Shown: one piece after another, positions 1 through 11,130 of the stretch | How the letters are laid out: every line of letters begins with the position of its first letter | How positions within the stretch are numbered: the first letter of the stretch is position 1 | Origin: an uncultured bacterium | GTDB lineage: Bacteria > Patescibacteriota > Minisyncoccia > Moranbacterales > GWC2-37-73 | Assembly (NCBI GenBank): GCA_903851135.1 | Contig: CAINNK010000037.1 | Coordinates: 1,320 to 65,319 of the forward strand | Length of the DNA stretch: 64,000 bases | Reading direction: 5' to 3' | Notes under the pieces: generated by a model | What the model was told of the DNA's origin: nothing | Databases searched by the model: none | What the model saw: only the letters and a program-made list of their open reading frames with translations | Made by a program: the position numbers and the translations under genes

Positions 1-1501
1 TTCTGCGTGGAATCATTCCCTGCTTAGATAAATTACGCTCATCTACCGTAAAAAGAGCTTCTTTGAAAAAATAATATTCCAGCACAAACATGAAACCAAA
101 AAATAAAAATAGCAGCAATAAAATAATTACCAACCAACCTACATAATTAACTAACTGCAAATAAGTCAGCGTGATGCCACCGCCAAGGTTAAGCATCGGC
201 ATATCAACGAAAATAAAGGAACTTTCTCCACTCAAAAGATTGGCTCCGTCAAATAAAGAAACCCTGATTTTATAACTGCCGCTTGGCAGGTTTTCTGGAA
301 CATGCAGGGTTTTTTCCAATTGATTTCCAATTATTCTTTCTGAAACTTGCGAGCTAAAAACAACTGAATTTTTTTTGTTCAAGATTTCATATTTCAAATT
401 GAAAAGATTTTCATTTGAAATGACGGATAATTTATTTCTATCAACTAACAGGATTCTAAATTGCGCATCTTGACCCCTATAAATTCGCCCATTTTCATTT
501 TCAAGTTTCACGACAATTCTTCCAGCTTCAGCCGAGGATTGCAAAGGGTTTTCCTGAGGTTGAACGTTTTGATTGCCGGCATTATGCTTCGGATTACCAG
601 TTGACACGGGGATTAAATTTTCAGTTAAACCCTTAGAGGAACCATGATGTTTGCCGCCGCCTGATTCTTTTGGAGCTGGAGCCGGAGTTGGCGGTGGAGC
701 TGGAGGAACGGGCGGCGTTGACTCACTGATGATTTGAAAAGTATAGTCCTTGGTGATGTTGCGCAGGAAATCACCGGGATCAACGGCGGTAATTTGAAAA
801 TCGTAAGTTCCAACACTAAGTTCATTCGGCAAATAATACTCCCAATAGCCGGTCGCATTGGCCTGCAAGGTAGAAACAAAAACCGGACCCGGCAAAGTTT
901 TGATTTGGATATCCGCATTCGGCATATTTGTGGTACCGGTTATCCTGAAAGTTTTTTTGGTTGTTGAAAGCACATCTCCCAGCAAATATTCCTTTTCATT
1001 AAAAGAAATCAAATCCAAAGTAGGATCCGGTAAAATAATTAGACAATCCCTAGCGGTCACCACCAAAGGATCGGAAACAGTATCTCCGCCGGCACCTGAA
1101 GCTGTCACCACATAGGCATAGTCAGTGCCGCCAATTACATTATTATCAACATAAGCCATGGTCTGAAAGCCGGAAGCCAAAGGAGTGCCGTCTCGAGTTA
1201 TTGCATAAGAGGTGGCACCTTCCGAACCAGTCCAGGCCAAATGCACGGCCGAAACATTACTTGCGCAAGTTTTAGTAGCTGTAATAATCGGTTTACCAGG
1301 AAGACCATCAACGAAAACACTAATCGTTGCCCCAGCTGCCCAGGCATACTTGGCCTTTAAGTCATTTCCGAGCACACTAAACCCACCCAGCGTTCCCAAA
1401 GTCACATAAAAAAGCAGCAAGAAAATAGTAAAAGCCGCATGCAGCCTCATCCAGAAACGCATTTTCAATTTTCGACTTTTTTGCTTTTGCTTTTTTTTCA
1501 T
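1..1501 (-). CDS. Membrane-anchored surface protein with Fn3/Ig-like domains (3' end runs off the window)
   Basis: Not in the ORF track. ATG at 1501 opens MKKKQKQKSRKLKMRFWMRLHAAFTIFLLLFYVTLG (basic N-terminus plus TM). It continues with an Fn3-like segment (VHLAWTGSEGATSYAITRDG...YVDNNV...YAYVV), an Ig-like segment, a Pro-rich linker (PPVPPAPPPTPAPAP) and a C-terminal TM (WLVIIFIAAILFFGFMFVLEY). The frame is open to base 1. Confidence 0.8.
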   Translation of the reverse strand, partial: MKKKQKQKSRKLKMRFWMRLHAAFTIFLLLFYVTLGTLGGFSVLGNDLKAKYAWAAGATISVFVDGLPGKPIITATKTCASNVSAVHLAWTGSEGATSYAITRDGTPLASGFQTMAYVDNNVIGGTDYAYVVTASGAGGDTVSDPLVVTARDCLIILPDPTLDLISFNEKEYLLGDVLSTTKKTFRITGTTNMPNADIQIKTLPGPVFVSTLQANATGYWEYYLPNELSVGTYDFQITAVDPGDFLRNITKDYTFQIISESTPPVPPAPPPTPAPAPKESGGGKHHGSSKGLTENLIPVSTGNPKHNAGNQNVQPQENPLQSSAEAGRIVVKLENENGRIYRGQDAQFRILLVDRNKLSVISNENLFNLKYEILNKKNSVVFSSQVSERIIGNQLEKTLHVPENLPSGSYKIRVSLFDGANLLSGESSFIFVDMPMLNLGGGITLTYLQLVNYVGWLVIILLLLFLFFGFMFVLEYYFFKEALFTVDERNLSKQGMIPRR

Positions 1502-1568
1502 TTAAATTATCAGCTAAAATTCAACTCCTCTAAAAAAATCTTTTTTAACTTTTTGACATATCCCCTTT

Positions 1569-4500
1569 CTACATATTAGCCCAATGGAAGATTTCTTGGA
1601 AATTATTAATGATAATCTGAATAATATTTTCTTTCTTCTTAGGGGTCAGTAGGGCAAAATCATTAGAAACTCCTTCATTGCCGGCTTCATCAACAGATTT
1701 AACCTTGAAGAAATAAACAGCTCCCGGCTTGAAAACCGTCATAACGGCTAAATGATTTTTAATGTAAGCGTCTCCGATATTTATTTCTCTATCTTCGCCA
1801 TTTTTTCCCTCTCGATAGACGATAGAAGTTGTAGCATTTTCACTAGTGGTCCAAGAAATAATGGACTGCACTTTGTCGTTTTGCGTCAGCGCGCTATCAG
1901 TGTGAATTTGATCAATCACTGGCGGAGTAGTGTCTTTGCCAATCGTAAAATTCGGTCCGACAAGTTCCGAGGCGTTGCCACTTTCATCTTTGGCTTGAAC
2001 TTTCAAAGTGTATTCAGTTCCTGGTGTCAAATTTTTGAGCAAAATGGAATGTGCAATCACCAAATTCGTTTGACCCTGGGAACCGGAATTATTCGGATCG
2101 CCCACTGCCACATAGGCAGCCACTGCATCAGAAGGCACATTGGTTGCAAAGGTTACCGTCGCGCCACTTTCAGTCACGTCACTGACGGCGACATTACTAA
2201 TAACCGGTGGCGACTTTGGTTGAAAAGCATAATCACCTGAAACAAAAACATTACCGGCAGAATCAGTACTTCTGACTCTAAAATGATACATTTGTCCAAT
2301 TGTCAATTTAGTCAGATTAACCTCATGCGCTTTAGTTTGCGAATTACTTTCACTCTTGCTGCCATAGGTATCAGTTAAGCCATATTCAACCAGCGAGGTC
2401 ATGTTTTGAGTTGTCGACCAAGTAACTGCGGCTTCACCTAAAACCTTGGAAATTATACTGATGGAACTTAGCGTTGATTGAGTGGCAGTGGTGAAAGTTG
2501 CCGACGAACTTTCTGCTATATTGCCAGCAGCATCAATAGAAACAACACTATAGTAATATTTAGTCGCCGGCGCCAAGGAGCTGACGGTCACGGTATGAGC
2601 TGTGTCATATTTGGTCTGGTCGATGTTGACCAAATCATTTCCAACCATAAAACCAAAAGTTGATTTTGTTCCATAGCGGACATAGCTGCTAGTTTTCTTG
2701 TCAGTTTTCCAGGTGATGATAACATTTTCGCCAGTGGCTTTTCCAGCGCTGACGCCACTGATGACCGGCAAAGTTTTGTCGGTTCCGCCACTACCGCCTC
2801 CGCCACCAGATTGAATGGTCGTGAAAGAATATTCACTCGAAGTAACCGGAGTGCTAGCTATATTATCTTGACAATTAATCTGGAAGAAATATTTCGTCGT
2901 GCTGATGAGCGAAAGAATTTGCATGCGATGATTTTGATTGAAATCGCTTTCACTTGTCAGTCCTCCAGGATAGGTCTGTCCGTCCAAACGATATTCAATT
3001 ACACATTTAGCCAGTTGATCGGTATTGAAAGTCACACTAGCACTGCCTGAATCCGGAGTTGTCACCACATTGTCGATGGTTTTAAGCGGATCGTGCAAAT
3101 ATTTCGGATCTTTGGCGGTCTTGAAAGTTTTTTCATTGCTGACTGTGGTGATACCATTAGCACCCTTGGTTGAAACTTTATAATTGTAAGTTGTGTCTAA
3201 AGCCAGGTCACTGATAATCAAAGAGTGCCCAGCTCCAATCAAGTCAGCCGGATGATAAATACTACTGTCCAGAGAGTTATCCTTGCTAAAAGCAACTTTA
3301 CTATCACCAACCACATCCGTATCCCAAGTGATGGTAACTTGATTATAGGTAGCAGGCACACCGGCGTCACTGGCCACTACTGCCTGGATATTTGAAATCA
3401 CCGGAGCACCTGCCAAAGAATCGGTTGTAAAACTATTCATGCTGCCATAAGTTACGTTGCCGGAAGTATCTTTGGAAACGACTTGATAGAAATAAGTAGT
3501 AGCACTGGCAAGTCCGGTCACATCAACACTATGACTGGAAGTCGCATCACTAGCGCTGCCAAAAATTTTACTATACTGCGCTGTCTCACCTATATAAATA
3601 ATCGAATCGGTGTTTTCACTAGTGTTCCAACTGATGGTGACACCATTGTCAATAATGTTAGAAGTTGTCAGGTTGGAAATCAGCGGACGAATAAGGTCCG
3701 GGCCAGCACTGGTTGTGAAAGTATAACCAGCGGAAACCCCCTTGTTACCTGAGCCATCCGTAGAATGGACGCGATAATAATATTGATTACTTTGAGCCAA
3801 ATCAGCAGGCAAAACCACACTATGAGAAGTTGTCAGCTCCCCATTGCCGAAGATTTTTCCATAAGCGGTCGTAGTGCCATATTCCACATAGGAATCAGCA
3901 GCGACGTCCGTGGTCCAATTAATAGTGGCGTTATCGTAGGTTATGCCAGTTGCCGTTACAGCGGTGATTTGCGGAACTCCAGGCACTGGCGTAATGTCGG
4001 TTTTGAAATTAAAATCTCCGGAAGTGCCCTTATTTCCTGAACCATCGGTGGAATGCACGCGATAATGATAAGTTGTGTCTGGTGCTAAATCTCCGGGCAA
4101 GTTAATGCTGTGCGCAGTCCCAAGCGTACTGTCGCCGAAAGTTTTTCCATAAGCAGTCGTAGTGCCGTATTCCACATAAGAATCAGCGTTGATATCCGTA
4201 GTCCAATTGACGGTGGCGGTATTGTAGGTCACGCCGGTTGTTGTGACGTTAGTAATTTGAGGCATATTAGGAATCGGATTGGTCAGAGTCAGGAAAGTAT
4301 AGTCACTGGAAGTTCCTTTAGTTCCGGAAACATCCGTAGAATGGACGCGATAATGATAAGTTGTTTCCGGGGCCAAATCAGCCGGCAAGTTAATACTATG
4401 CGATTTAACCAAGGTACTGTTGCCAAAAGTTTTTCCATAGGAAGTTGTGGTGCCATATTCCACATAAGAATCAGCGTTAACATCGGTAGTCCAATTGACC

Positions 4501-7500
4501 GTGGCGGTGCTGTAAGTAACAGCGTCAGAAGAGACAGCTGAAATAATCGGGGCAGCCGGAAGTGGATCAGTCACGAAAGAATATGAACCGGAAACCATTT
4601 CAAACTGAGCCGTGCTGCGAACTCGATAATAATAAGTTGTCTGGGTAGCCAAACCTTGCAAACTAACGGAATGATTTTTAACGTTATCATATTTTCCAAA
4701 GACTTCTGCATTGGAAAAATCACTTTCAGTTGCAAACTCAACAAAAGAAGTTGCATTAATATCCGTGCTCCAGGAAATCGTAAAGGCATTGTAAGCATTT
4801 TTGGTCGCCAATGGTGAGCCTTGCAAAACCGGCGGTTGACCGGAGGAAGTGACAAACGTAAACCCATCCCCTCCATTATCAATGGTCATTATATTGCCAG
4901 ATGCATCAGCAGATTTCAGTTGATAATAATAGGCAGTATCTGGAATTAAGTTAACCAATGTGACTGAATGTAATTGGGTCAGTGGCAAACTTCCCTGTTC
5001 TAATTGAAAATTTCCAAGCGTCGGAGAATAATCAATAAAGGAAGTTGAATCCTCATCAGTCACCCAAGTTATAGTGGCCGAAGTAGCTGAAAAAGCCGTG
5101 ACTATTGGACCAGACACAAGCGTTGGCGCAGTGACATCTTGAGGATCAACATTGGTAGTAAAAGAATAATCAATTGAAACCGCTTCATTATTCGAAGCAT
5201 CCGCAGAATGAACTCGATAGTGATAAGTTGTCTGCGGCACTAAATCTTGAGGCAAAGCAACTGAGTGATTGAAAGGCGGCCCACTCACCAAGGTGCTGTT
5301 GCCGAAAGTTTTTCCATAGGAAGTTGTGGTGCCATATTCCACGTAGGATGTTGCCGTCTCATCCGTGATCCAATCGATGGTAGCGGTGTTGTGGGTCTTT
5401 GAAAAAACTGAAACAGCGCTAATCACTGGCGCAGTTATATCACCCAAGGAACTGGTTTGAAAAGTCTGCTCATCTGAAATAGCCTCATTACCTGAACCGT
5501 CTTTGGAATGCAATTTGTAATAATAAGTTGTGTTAGGACTTAGGAGGCTTGGCAAGGTTATGCTATGAGACAAAGTCAAATCATAAGAACCATAAGAGCT
5601 TCCCACGGAAAATCCCTGACTGACTGAATATTCCACAAATGAAGTAGCGGCTTCGTTGGTTGACCAAGTTATCAAGGTCGAAGTGGTTGTTGGCAAAGAA
5701 GCTATAGCGGAAATTACCGGTGGAACTATGTCGGCAGTAGTCGTAGTGAAACTAAAGCCATTGTGATTACCAGAGACATCAAAATTATCATCCACACTCA
5801 CCCCATTGTTGACCCCGATCGATTTGACTCTGAAATAATAAGTTTGATTTTGAGCAAGCCCAGTAAGAGTCACACTGTGACCCGAAGTCACCAATGTCGC
5901 GTTGCCAACTTCGCTTGAAAAATCACCCGGAGTTGTTGAAAAACCAACCGTGGAGCTAGCTTGCGCATCAGTGTCCCAGGTTATAGTAGCGCTACTGGAA
6001 TTTATTGAAGGAATTGGAACATCTACGTTTGAAATGACAGCCGGCGTGACATTTGCCCCACCTTCCCCATTAGGCATGTCATTGACAATGGCTGAGAAAG
6101 CTGAAATATTCCCATCTGCATCTTCCAAGGTAATCTTATAAGAATAAGTTGCAGCATTGGAAAGTCCTGAGTCAAGATAATAATTAACATTTTTATCCGT
6201 AATGGAATTTACTAAACTGTAACTACTGCCATCTATTGAACGCCAAATGTTATATTTGGCAAAGCCGCCACTACCCATTTCACCCAACACTGGTGCTCGC
6301 CAGGAAATCAACTCGCGATATTCTCCCGTCGTACTGTTAGAAATATCATAAAAGACCACATCGCTAAGTGAAAATGGGGTTGTCTCGACTGCATCAGCAT
6401 AGTTGCCTTTCGCATCTTTGATTCGTAAATGGACAGTTGCAGGATCATTTGTCAAAGCCGAATAATCATAAACACTTTGAAAGGCTTGATAAGTTGCATC
6501 ATGAAAATCACCAAAATTTGAAACAATCATTTGATAGGAAGAGTCATCAATCGGCGAAGTCAGATGCACCTTGTTTGCAGTGTGGTCAATAAAGAAGTTA
6601 ACATTGACCGGATTTTTTGTGTCAAAAACAAAATTGCTTGATTTGCCATAGCCAAGATTGTTGGCACCTTCCGAGTCATTCGCTTTTACTCGAACTTTGA
6701 AATTGCTGCCATTGAAAGCTTGCGGATAATCACTCTTAGCATTCCAAGTCAGTTGATATGATTTCCAATTAACATCTTCCACGGAAATATTAGCTCCTAC
6801 GTCACCATTGACAGTGGCAGCATTAGCCCAAACTTCTGAACCGCTCGCAGCGCAATTAGCGGTGCAATATTGCAAACCAATAATCACTTTTCCCGGAGTA
6901 ACATTTTGCGGAACACTTGAATCAGGATCGCGTACGTCATAATTTACCGTGACCAAGCCATCACTGCCTTGCGAAGCTACGACATTTTGAACTTCCGGTG
7001 GAGCATTGACCACGTATTGCAAAGTAACATCTGACAAAATCGGCGAATTGATTCCATCGGAAATCAGCAGCGCTTGATATTGAATCCATTGATCACCACT
7101 AACATCACTGACTAAACTTGGCATTGCTTGTCCGCCAGTATTATCAGAAAAATAGGTATTCGAAGTACCATCCGGGCCAACCCAACCGGTCCAGGTTCCC
7201 GGATTGCCAGCCTGATCAGGCGCGGTTCTCACTTGAAATTGCACATTCGTACCTGTTGCCAAAGAACGTGACCAACTTACTTTTGAAAGAATATTAGAAG
7301 CATCAGAAGTGTCATAAGCCGAGGAAACAAGGTGTCCCGGAGAAGGAAAATAATTATAATTCAAAGTTATGTCATCAAAAGAAGGCGTCGTGTTAGAATT
7401 AGTAGTAGCCATATTCACCGAATATTGATAGTAGCGCTGTTGACCTAGAGCTGAAATGTCACCACCATTTGAAACATTGGTCAAAGAAATCCAATTTCCA

Positions 7501-10500
7501 TCAACAGTTGGCGTGTTTCCAGCTTTAATATCGACAGTTGCGCTTGTGTTGGCTGGAGTTACAATTGAATAATTAAGCGTGGTGAAGGTTTTAATGCTGC
7601 CAGAATCAATGATAGCAGAATTGAAGGTTCCGCTTGAAAAATAAAAAGTGTGTCCAGCGTTGATTGTGCCACTGGCAGTTCCCCAAACTTGCACTGGAGA
7701 AACTCTTGTTTTATTGTTGTTTTGACCCAACTGTCCATTGCCATTTCCACCCCAAACCCAGACACTGCTGGCATCTGACATGAGAGCAACTGAATGAGCA
7801 TAACCACAAGAAATCATAGAAATACTAGAGGAACCAACGCTACCACCGACTTGCACAGGCGTAATACTATCCACAGTGTTTCCGTTGCCAAGTTGACCAT
7901 AAGCGTTCCAACCCCAAGTCCAAACCGTGCCATCATTTTTAAGGATAATAGAATGATTATTTCCAGCTTTAACCATATTAACATTTGAAGCACCCGCGCC
8001 AGTCACTGGCAAAGCTATCGTTGCTGAATTGCTATTACCAGTTCCCAGCTGTCCATAATCATTCCAACCCCAAGCCAATAAAGAACCATCATTAAGCAGC
8101 GCAAAAGAATGCGCATAACCAGCACTTATTTTTGCAACATTTGTGATTCCGGCAAGACTCGGATCAACAACTTGCACCGGCAAAGATTTATCAATCTTGG
8201 AATAATCTCCAAGCTGACCCTGGTCATTGCTGCCCCAACTCCAAGCGGTTCCATCATACAGTGAAGCTAATGAATAATAACCGCCACCAGAAATTGAACT
8301 CACATTAGTCAAGAAACTACCACCTGTTTTATCTTTAACTTGTTGCGGATAAGGTTGAAAAAAGCCAATACCGCCAATACCTATTTGCCCTTTCCCATTT
8401 CCTCCCCAAGCCCAAACTGTGCCATCACTCCTGAGTGCCAAAGAATGCGTGTCTCCCAAAGAAATCGCAGAAATGTTTTGCAGATAATCTCCGGGAGTTG
8501 AGGAAGCTTTTACTTGCACTGGCAAACTTTGACTCGTTTGCGTGCCGTCGCCCAATTGACCATAAGAGTTCCAACCCCAAGACCAAACCGTGCCATCAGA
8601 TTTCAATGCCAAAGAATGATTATACCCAGCCGCAATGGCAATAACATCGGTCAAACCAACCACTTCAATTGGTGTCAATCTGTTAATATTCGTACCATCT
8701 CCGAGTTGTCCAAAACCGTTTGAACCCCAAGCCCAAACTGTGCCGTCAGATTTCAGGCCTAAATTATGAGCATAACCCGAAGAGATATCTGAGAAACCAC
8801 TGATAATTCCTTGGGCCGATCCCCAGACTTGCACCGGCGTGCTTCGATTGACAACATCATTGACGCCAAGTTTACCGTTGAAATTCCAACCCCAAGTCCA
8901 AACGGTGCCATCCAATTTCAAGGCCACCGAAAAACCTTCCCCACCTGAAACCATCACACTATTGCCACTGCCAAAAGCTTCAACCGGAACCGGGGTTGAC
9001 TTATTTGAAACTGTTCCATCACCTAATTGACTTTTACTGTTGTTTCCCCAAGCCCAAACTGTGCCGTTTGCTCTGATGGCCAAAGAATGATCACTTCCAC
9101 CGCCGATGTAATTAACGTCCGTCAGATTCAACACTTGCACAGGAACATCCGAAGAATTGTTGGTTCCGTCCCCAAGTTCGCCACTGACATTGCTTCCCCA
9201 GGACCAAACGGTCTTGTCTGACTTGAGCACGACCGATCTATTTTTGCCACCATTAATTGAAATAACATTGGAAACTCCTGAAACTTGCAGGGGAATATTA
9301 CTATCCAGCAAAGCTCCATTGCCAAGCTGACCCAAACCGCCATCGCCCCAAGCCCAAACGTTTCCATCTGAAGTCACAGCCATTGTGGTCTTGCTATTGA
9401 TTCCGGAAGTAATCATGGAAACTTGAGCTAGGTTTGAAACTTGCACTGGCAAGTTCGTGTTAACATTGGCTGCATTTCCCAATTGACCTTTGTCATTAGA
9501 GCCCCATGCCCAAACTGTGCCGTCTTTTTTCAGGGCAATTGAATAACCATTGCCGGCTGAAATTGCAATCACATCTGAAAGGGTGCCAGTGCCATTAAAA
9601 TTTTTCACTTTTACTGGAAACAAACTTGAACTGTTAGCTCCGTTGCCAAGTTGGCCCAGGCCGCCATCTCCCCAAGCCCAAACTGTTCCATCAGCGTCAA
9701 GCCCCAAGGAATGATTATCTCCCGCTGCAACTGCCTCGATATTAGAAAGATAATCACTATCAGTTGAATTTCTGATTTGCACTGGTGTTAGACGTGCTGT
9801 TTGCGTGCCATCACCCAATTGTCCACTGTCATTTTGTCCCCAAGCCCAAATCTTATGATTATCACTGATGAGCAACACATGTCCTACTCCAGCCGAAATA
9901 GCTGCAATTCCTCCATAACCCAAATCAACCCGAGCACTGCTACCAGCCGAACGTCCTTTCGTTTGAATATGTTGGCCTGCGTTAAAACCACCACCATTTG
10001 GGGTGTCTTGGGCGCCAGTGTCAGAAGTCTGCACCGAAGAACCAGCCGTCCAATTCAATTCAACATCGTTGCCGGCATTCGTGGTTTTCACGAAAGGATC
10101 TTTGCTCGAATATTCATCCCAACCTCCGACTTTTCCTGGGTGTACATCAGTGTTGTTCGTTTGACCACCTGACCATTTCAATTGTTGCCAAGTGTAGGTC
10201 GCTCCATGCGCATCATGCAAGTTTTGAAAAAAGGCCACCGACACTATCGCCAAAATTAAAAATGAAGAAAAAACTCTTTTGGCAAAAATCGGATTGAAAG
10301 CAAAAGTTTTTTTGGATTTTTTGAAAAATTGCGCAACATTTTGTCCTATTGGATTTTCTTTCTTTTTGCGCGCCGCAAAAGATGGTGCAACTATTTTTCC
10401 AGTGCCAATAGAAAAAGTCACCACCGTTTCCGCTTTCCATTTGCGCATGATTCGCAAAGAAGAAAAAGCAGCAGGCTTGGAATTGGTTTGAATCTTTTTT

Positions 10501-10730
10501 TCAACAGAAAAATCAACTTGTTTTTTTGTCGCTGGCGGTCTTATCGAAGCTGGTCGAAAATTCGCAACTTGATCAGAACAAGCACGACGCATTTTCAACT
10601 TGGACAAATCCAAAATTTTTCTTTTCGAATTGGTCAAATTATTAATAGCAGCATACGTAACAACCCCATCCATCCTCCTTTGGGACGTTGGTTTTTGCTG
10701 AAGATTTTGTATTTTTTTTCGGAAAATCAT
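1569..10730 (-). CDS. Giant (~3050 aa) surface protein: TM anchor, 14 RCC1-like repeats, ~16 Fn3/purple-acid-phosphatase-N-like domains
   Basis: ORF 1569..10766; ATG at 10730 is a likely start. It has 14 copies of W-x-WG-x-N-x-x-GQLG and 15 copies of T-I/V-x-W-x-T-D...S-x-V-E-Y-G...H...L...Y-Y-Y, plus one classical Fn3. TM segment FSSFLILAIVSVAFF. Confidence 0.85.
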   Translation of the reverse strand: MIFRKKIQNLQQKPTSQRRMDGVVTYAAINNLTNSKRKILDLSKLKMRRACSDQVANFRPASIRPPATKKQVDFSVEKKIQTNSKPAAFSSLRIMRKWKAETVVTFSIGTGKIVAPSFAARKKKENPIGQNVAQFFKKSKKTFAFNPIFAKRVFSSFLILAIVSVAFFQNLHDAHGATYTWQQLKWSGGQTNNTDVHPGKVGGWDEYSSKDPFVKTTNAGNDVELNWTAGSSVQTSDTGAQDTPNGGGFNAGQHIQTKGRSAGSSARVDLGYGGIAAISAGVGHVLLISDNHKIWAWGQNDSGQLGDGTQTARLTPVQIRNSTDSDYLSNIEAVAAGDNHSLGLDADGTVWAWGDGGLGQLGNGANSSSLFPVKVKNFNGTGTLSDVIAISAGNGYSIALKKDGTVWAWGSNDKGQLGNAANVNTNLPVQVSNLAQVSMITSGINSKTTMAVTSDGNVWAWGDGGLGQLGNGALLDSNIPLQVSGVSNVISINGGKNRSVVLKSDKTVWSWGSNVSGELGDGTNNSSDVPVQVLNLTDVNYIGGGSDHSLAIRANGTVWAWGNNSKSQLGDGTVSNKSTPVPVEAFGSGNSVMVSGGEGFSVALKLDGTVWTWGWNFNGKLGVNDVVNRSTPVQVWGSAQGIISGFSDISSGYAHNLGLKSDGTVWAWGSNGFGQLGDGTNINRLTPIEVVGLTDVIAIAAGYNHSLALKSDGTVWSWGWNSYGQLGDGTQTSQSLPVQVKASSTPGDYLQNISAISLGDTHSLALRSDGTVWAWGGNGKGQIGIGGIGFFQPYPQQVKDKTGGSFLTNVSSISGGGYYSLASLYDGTAWSWGSNDQGQLGDYSKIDKSLPVQVVDPSLAGITNVAKISAGYAHSFALLNDGSLLAWGWNDYGQLGTGNSNSATIALPVTGAGASNVNMVKAGNNHSIILKNDGTVWTWGWNAYGQLGNGNTVDSITPVQVGGSVGSSSISMISCGYAHSVALMSDASSVWVWGGNGNGQLGQNNNKTRVSPVQVWGTASGTINAGHTFYFSSGTFNSAIIDSGSIKTFTTLNYSIVTPANTSATVDIKAGNTPTVDGNWISLTNVSNGGDISALGQQRYYQYSVNMATTNSNTTPSFDDITLNYNYFPSPGHLVSSAYDTSDASNILSKVSWSRSLATGTNVQFQVRTAPDQAGNPGTWTGWVGPDGTSNTYFSDNTGGQAMPSLVSDVSGDQWIQYQALLISDGINSPILSDVTLQYVVNAPPEVQNVVASQGSDGLVTVNYDVRDPDSSVPQNVTPGKVIIGLQYCTANCAASGSEVWANAATVNGDVGANISVEDVNWKSYQLTWNAKSDYPQAFNGSNFKVRVKANDSEGANNLGYGKSSNFVFDTKNPVNVNFFIDHTANKVHLTSPIDDSSYQMIVSNFGDFHDATYQAFQSVYDYSALTNDPATVHLRIKDAKGNYADAVETTPFSLSDVVFYDISNSTTGEYRELISWRAPVLGEMGSGGFAKYNIWRSIDGSSYSLVNSITDKNVNYYLDSGLSNAATYSYKITLEDADGNISAFSAIVNDMPNGEGGANVTPAVISNVDVPIPSINSSSATITWDTDAQASSTVGFSTTPGDFSSEVGNATLVTSGHSVTLTGLAQNQTYYFRVKSIGVNNGVSVDDNFDVSGNHNGFSFTTTTADIVPPVISAIASLPTTTSTLITWSTNEAATSFVEYSVSQGFSVGSSYGSYDLTLSHSITLPSLLSPNTTYYYKLHSKDGSGNEAISDEQTFQTSSLGDITAPVISAVSVFSKTHNTATIDWITDETATSYVEYGTTTSYGKTFGNSTLVSGPPFNHSVALPQDLVPQTTYHYRVHSADASNNEAVSIDYSFTTNVDPQDVTAPTLVSGPIVTAFSATSATITWVTDEDSTSFIDYSPTLGNFQLEQGSLPLTQLHSVTLVNLIPDTAYYYQLKSADASGNIMTIDNGGDGFTFVTSSGQPPVLQGSPLATKNAYNAFTISWSTDINATSFVEFATESDFSNAEVFGKYDNVKNHSVSLQGLATQTTYYYRVRSTAQFEMVSGSYSFVTDPLPAAPIISAVSSDAVTYSTATVNWTTDVNADSYVEYGTTTSYGKTFGNSTLVKSHSINLPADLAPETTYHYRVHSTDVSGTKGTSSDYTFLTLTNPIPNMPQITNVTTTGVTYNTATVNWTTDINADSYVEYGTTTAYGKTFGDSTLGTAHSINLPGDLAPDTTYHYRVHSTDGSGNKGTSGDFNFKTDITPVPGVPQITAVTATGITYDNATINWTTDVAADSYVEYGTTTAYGKIFGNGELTTSHSVVLPADLAQSNQYYYRVHSTDGSGNKGVSAGYTFTTSAGPDLIRPLISNLTTSNIIDNGVTISWNTSENTDSIIYIGETAQYSKIFGSASDATSSHSVDVTGLASATTYFYQVVSKDTSGNVTYGSMNSFTTDSLAGAPVISNIQAVVASDAGVPATYNQVTITWDTDVVGDSKVAFSKDNSLDSSIYHPADLIGAGHSLIISDLALDTTYNYKVSTKGANGITTVSNEKTFKTAKDPKYLHDPLKTIDNVVTTPDSGSASVTFNTDQLAKCVIEYRLDGQTYPGGLTSESDFNQNHRMQILSLISTTKYFFQINCQDNIASTPVTSSEYSFTTIQSGGGGGSGGTDKTLPVISGVSAGKATGENVIITWKTDKKTSSYVRYGTKSTFGFMVGNDLVNIDQTKYDTAHTVTVSSLAPATKYYYSVVSIDAAGNIAESSSATFTTATQSTLSSISIISKVLGEAAVTWSTTQNMTSLVEYGLTDTYGSKSESNSQTKAHEVNLTKLTIGQMYHFRVRSTDSAGNVFVSGDYAFQPKSPPVISNVAVSDVTESGATVTFATNVPSDAVAAYVAVGDPNNSGSQGQTNLVIAHSILLKNLTPGTEYTLKVQAKDESGNASELVGPNFTIGKDTTPPVIDQIHTDSALTQNDKVQSIISWTTSENATTSIVYREGKNGEDREINIGDAYIKNHLAVMTVFKPGAVYFFKVKSVDEAGNEGVSNDFALLTPKKKENIIQIIINNFQEIFHWANM

Positions 10731-11130
10731 CTGAGCTTTTGTTTTTCTTAAGACCCAAAAAACCACGAAGAAACAACGGGGAAACCGCTTGATTTCTTCT
10801 CAAAAAATTTCACTAATCCAATTTATTATCATCGCTCATTTAATAATAAATATTGCTTTTATTATACTATTTTTTTGCAAATCGCGCAAAGAAAAAAACG
10901 CACTCGGAGCTTGCGTTTAATTTGGCTTTTTCAAAAAAAATTTCGCTCATTTTTTTCTTCTGCCAAAGTTTTAATTTTGCATTTTTTCAACCTCCCAAAA
11001 AGTCAAAAAACATCGTTTTTACAATCACGAATTCACAATTCTTAAAAACTCAAAAAAATCAATTTTGACAACCTCAAAAACAGCTTGCAACTCAAACTCT
11101 CATCAATTTCTTCAAAATTTGCAACAATTT

